From the NCBI GenBank assembly GCA_964016885.1, contig OZ024740.1, positions 212,660,001 through 212,724,000 on the forward strand: a stretch of DNA of 64,000 nucleotides, read 5' to 3'. This DNA comes from Eledone cirrhosa. Its lineage: Eukaryota. The notes beneath the pieces were generated by a model. The model searched no databases and was not told where the DNA came from. It saw nothing but the letters and a program-made list of their open reading frames with translations. The first letter of the stretch is position 1; every line of letters begins with the position of its first letter. The position numbers and the translations under genes are program-made. Below are positions 60,861 to 64,000 of this stretch, piece by piece.

Positions 60861-63079
60861 GTGGCTCCTGAGACAAGATTTGCTCAAGGAAATCTTTCCA
60901 CACATGCAATAACATCCGTATCTGCATACATACACACACACATTTACCTAGTTGATATCTAAATTCCAATGAAAGAGTCTTGTTGCTCTGTTAGAAACCG
61001 GCTCTCTCTCTGTGTTTGTGAAAAATTTATAAAATAATAAAACCAGAAGAGCATATATATACATACATATACTTATACAAGTCTTCTTCTTCAACAGATT
61101 TCTTACAGACATTGACTAACAGATGCCCATGAAGAACATAAACTGCATTAAGGACACCAGTTTCGCAGAGCCTGTGTCATTCATAAATATTGCTCCTTCC
61201 TGACAAAGACATGAAAGAGGACACTTATATAGGCATTTCTTTTTTGCTTGGTCGTAAGATTGTGAGTCACAGCCCTTTATTCCGTACATGTAAAAAGTAC
61301 TTATTGTACATTTTTCTATCGTCCAGCTCACAAATAAATATCAAAGCTGGAACTAGTGTGTAGCACTTTAGAAACGGTTCTAACAATATCAGTTCGATCT
61401 TTCTCATGATGTATGAGGTACATCTTTTTAACAACAGACAGTAGAAACAGCAGTCCTTATGATCACTTTCAGTGGCATCCAAGACTGGTTGGGACAAAGA
61501 GTAGGTATCCTTAAACCGTAGACAAGGCCTGAATTCTTACAACAGTGTAGACTCCCCTAATGATAAGTGATATGGTTAAGTCTAGTCAATTGTCTGAACT
61601 AGAGTCACCATAAAATCATCTCAGTTTGCTCGCTACTCAGGCAGGAGGACAGTGTGAGCGTTTCTACACACTAATTCCACTACTACAAATAAAGTACTAT
61701 GTTAGTAGGTAAAATGCAGAAAAATGTTAAAACTGGGGTTTCATTATATCTTCAGGTTTAGAAAGTATTCTTTAAGTTAGGTATTCCAATAACAATGTCT
61801 GCTTGATTGTTGAATTGTTGAATATATTCTGTTCCAAACGGCTCTGATAGTTATTGCAATTGTTTTAATAAGGTTGTTCTTCACAGCAAGTTTACAAACT
61901 ATGTTTGCAACCATGTCAAATGATAGACATAAAATTTTGTTGAACTGTAATCTCTTTTAGTCTGGGCGACTTGGGGAAATGTCTAGAAACAATAGGTAAC
62001 GATTACCAATTTAACATTTGATGTGGTTCCACACTTTTGAGATGTGCATTGGCAAATGCTCAGTGCATCATCGATCACTTTCTTTCTGCAGCATGCAAAA
62101 GACGGTGTTGATTCACAATTCAAGCACTGATGTAATATCAGTTACTTAGTCATTGGTTCTGATCGATAACACAGGCCACTGCAAAACATTTTTACTTTTC
62201 TTAAGTTTGTTATAAACTGTAATTTCAATATATTGCTATGATTAACTAAATTAAGGCTATTAAGATGAGTCTTTCATCGTTTGTGTTGCTATTGCAACTT
62301 GTCACGATATCAGTAATTTAGTATCAAACATGCAAGATTTAACATGTTTTAGTAGCGCTTAGCATGAATATTTTAGATTAGGCATTATACTAGTTCTTTA
62401 GCATTTTATTTTAACGAGTTGTGACAAGTTTTTGTGTTGTCTCCATTTTTATCTGTATACATCCTACCCAACAAAAAATAAACATCAAGATCAATTAGCT
62501 AGTATGTCTATACGAGGCCAGATTTAGACTTTAGGGGGCTAGAGTAGTTCAGGTTTGGTGGGCCCTCATATAACAACAAATACTTTAAGGTTATTTTTCG
62601 GCTAAAGGTTGAGCTTGCAGGCCCCGTGACAAGCTTCTACACTTTGACATATTGATTGCATTCTCCTCCAAAACTCCTCTATTCTCATCCTCTGCAATTC
62701 ATTGTGCGTTATCCTCTTTCTAAGCAATAATCCACTCATCAACTTTACCATTCTCATTTGTTTGCTCTTTCCATCCTTTTCTGCTGCTCCGTATTCGGAG
62801 TAATGAAAGTATTTCTCCCAAATCTCGCCCCTATATATTCATAGTATTTCTCACACACACTGCCTACATCTTTCTCTTCAGTTTCAATGACACTTCTCCC
62901 CTCATTAACACACCACTCAGTTCCCAGAACTTCTTCTGATTACTGTGCATGGGTTCCTCATTAAAAAATCTTAAAATGTACAGCAAATTAACAGATTTAC
63001 AAATCAAAATCCATTTAGTGCACCAAATTCTAATTGACAATTTCTACATACAATACTATAATGCTATACACTACATTTC

Positions 63080-63700
63080 TAGAAATGTAGTGTATAGCAT
63101 AAGATGTACTGAAGGACAATGTAGAGACAAAAATATAATGTACATAGGTGAGACAGCTCGTAGTGTAGGGGAACGGATAAATGAACACTGGCGAGACCTT
63201 CAAGATAATAAAGAATCATCTGTACTCTACCAACATGCTAAGATAGAACACAAGGGTAAATTAGAGAACATAGAAATAAAAATAGAATCTACACACAGAA
63301 AAGACGCAATGTTTAGACAAATTACAGAGGCAATAAACATAAAAGAATTACAACCAAAATTAAATAGAAAATATGAGTGGAACAACAACATCACAATTTA
63401 CAATTAAGGACAAAATGAAAACACACACACACATAGAACAAACAACCAACCAGTAACATGTAAATAAACAAATAAATAAATGAACATAAACACACACAGA
63501 CACCCGGATGTGGCGCATGCGCAGACTGAGCACACAACACACAGAAACAAAATGGCGTAGGACAGAACAAAGGAGAGGCACAGAAACAAAGAAAGGAATC
63601 CCCAGTCACTGAAGAGGTCACAGAGTGTGTGACGAAAGAACTATGACTATATATAAACAACACTATCTGGTTGTGGAACCAACCAACCAACCAGAAATTT
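63080..63700 (+). mobile_element. Penelope-like element 3' end (GIY-YIG plus pseudo-LTR)
   Basis: NVVYSIRC...C...MYIGETARSVGERINEH...LYQHAKIEH...RQITEAINI...PKLNRKYEW. Confidence 0.85.
63604..63648 (+). ncRNA. Minimal type I hammerhead ribozyme in the Penelope pseudo-LTR
   Basis: AGTCA-CTGAAGA-G-GTCACA GAGTG TGTGAC-GAAA-G AA C-TA-TGACT. Perfect stems I and II, intact core, CUA triplet (cleavage after 63643). Confidence 0.75.
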
Positions 63701-63796
63701 ATAAATTTATAAATTTATAAATATATAATAAATTGAAGTGAAAGCAACTGGTGCGTGTGTTTCTTATTGGCAACATGACCCTCCCAAAGTATAACA

Positions 63797-63847
<51 letters not shown>

Positions 63848-63850
<3 letters not shown>

Positions 63851-64000
63851 GGTGTGAACGATATTTGTTCGCAATTTTCAACTGCTAATTTTATGCAAAT
63901 TTTTTTTACTTCAGTTGTCACTCTTGTCTTCATAAAAAAAGTGACTATATTTCCATTATTTATTTTCAGAATAATTGATTATGAATAATTTTGAACGTCC
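63848..64000 (+). mobile_element. Left end of a Tc1/mariner-type element inserted in (TA)n
   Basis: TA-CAGGGTG start, as in the 35688 MITE. The right end is outside the window. Confidence 0.4.

Overview
Eukaryotic, AT-rich, highly repetitive animal DNA. The SINE/LINE repertoire and the (TA)n/(CA)n/(AAT)n/(CATA)n microsatellite load suggest an octopod cephalopod; this is an inference, not verified. Most of the window is decayed retroelements: R4/Dong-type and CRE-type restriction-like-endonuclease LINEs, at least three RTE families, two Tx1/L1-type LINEs, four Penelope-like elements and tRNA-derived SINEs. MITEs, minisatellites and microsatellites fill much of the rest. Only one host gene is supported. 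It is on the minus strand with three coding exons (36106-36022, 29991-29930, 22493-21558; about 360 aa) and encodes a type II membrane protein with an HtrL/YibB-like, bacterial-type glycosyltransferase-like domain. Other points of interest: an RTE family with a C4HC3 PHD finger inside its reverse transcriptase; several minimal hammerhead-ribozyme motifs; a 48-bp satellite with higher-order structure grown from the RTE 3' UTR; a near-intact RTE-BovB-like LINE with its internally deleted non-autonomous derivative; and a perfect 132-bp fold-back. No CRISPR, rRNA or bona fide tRNA genes were found. All family assignments come from motif recognition by eye, and most element boundaries are approximate.
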